A stretch of DNA of 64,000 bases from Eledone cirrhosa. Its lineage: Eukaryota. This document shows, one piece after another, positions 63,304 through 64,000 of this stretch (the stretch's first letter is position 1; each line of letters begins with the position of its first letter). The DNA is taken from positions 38,688,001-38,752,000 of the forward strand of contig OZ024752.1 in the NCBI GenBank assembly GCA_964016885.1. The letters run 5' to 3'. Under the pieces are notes generated by a model. It saw only the letters and a list, made by a program, of their open reading frames with translations, was not told the DNA's origin and made no database searches. Position numbers and translations under genes: made by a program.

Positions 63304-64000
63304 AACTAGGCGTTGACGAATGGCTTGTGAGGGCTATACAAGCCATGTATAAAGAAACAGTCAGCAAGGTTAGAATTAACAACGAATATAGTGAAGAGTT
63401 TAGCGTAAAAGTTGGCGTCCATCAGGGCTCTGTTCTCAGCCCCCTACTATTTATTATTGCCCTTCAGGCTATAACAGAGGAGTTCAAGACAGGCTGCCCA
63501 TGGGAACTCCTATACGCAGACGACCTGACACTCATAGCGGAATCAATGGCCGAGCTAGAGAAGAAATTCCAAACATGGAAGCACGGCCTAGAGTCAAAAG
63601 GACTTAAAATTAACCTGGCTAAGACCAAAGTTCTAGTTTGTAGGAAAGAAAACAAGGCGGCGGTCCCTTCTGGGAAATGGTCGTGCTCGGTGTGTAGGAA
63701 AGGCGTAGGTAGAAACTCCATTTTATGTCCTAAATGCAAAGTATGGGTGCATAAAAGATGTAGTGGGATCACAGGTAAGCTAACTAAGAACACAGATTTT
63801 ACATGTGGCCGGTGTTCTGGTGCAATAAGTAGCAGCAAGTGCCCACAAAATACTAGCTCTTTCAATTGTGCAGAGGGTTCTATAGAAATAGTGGACAGCT
63901 TCCGTTACCTGGGCGATAAAATCAGCAGTGGGGGAGGGTGCTCTGAAAGTACTGTAGCTAGAGTCAGAACTGGTTGGAAAAAGTTCAGAGAGCTTATACC
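63301..64000 (+). mobile_element. 5'-truncated RTE LINE of a related subfamily, running off the window end
   Basis: Manual translation KLGVDEWLVRAIQAMY...GVHQGSVLSPLLFIIALQAITEEFKTGCPWELLYADD...WSCSVCRKG...CPKCKVWVHKRC...FRYLGD. Confidence 0.92.

Overview
AT-rich eukaryotic (animal) genomic DNA, not prokaryotic. The repeat content (dense (TA)n/(CA)n/(GA)n microsatellites, tRNA-derived SINEs, RTE LINEs with an inserted Cys/His finger) suggests a mollusc, probably a cephalopod; this is inference. Host genes: an intronless acylphosphatase (32183-32476, +) and three phase-compatible exons of a MAM-domain-like protein (+; 48976-49077, 61038-61282, 62527-62593) that the ORF track does not call. Mobile DNA: one intact RTE LINE ORF (53687-56755, -), fragments of RTE, CR1, Tx1/L1 and CRE-like LINEs, two SINE families and several MITEs. 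Six minisatellite arrays are present. The main findings are: (1) about a dozen type I hammerhead ribozyme motifs in short, often fold-back, non-coding Penelope-like elements lying in or beside (TA)n tracts, sharing a stem II Y-C mismatch and a downstream ACTC...TTGAGT hairpin across otherwise diverged families; (2) an 84-bp array that is a 21-fold amplification of the MAM exon's splice acceptor, where every upstream copy would give an immediate stop codon; (3) satellites that visibly arose from a CRE-like retrotransposon coding region and from a SINE; (4) a PHD-like finger inside the RTE reverse transcriptase. Everything was read by eye, with no database searches or folding software, so repeat and element boundaries are approximate. 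Most long ORFs in the track are repeat artefacts.
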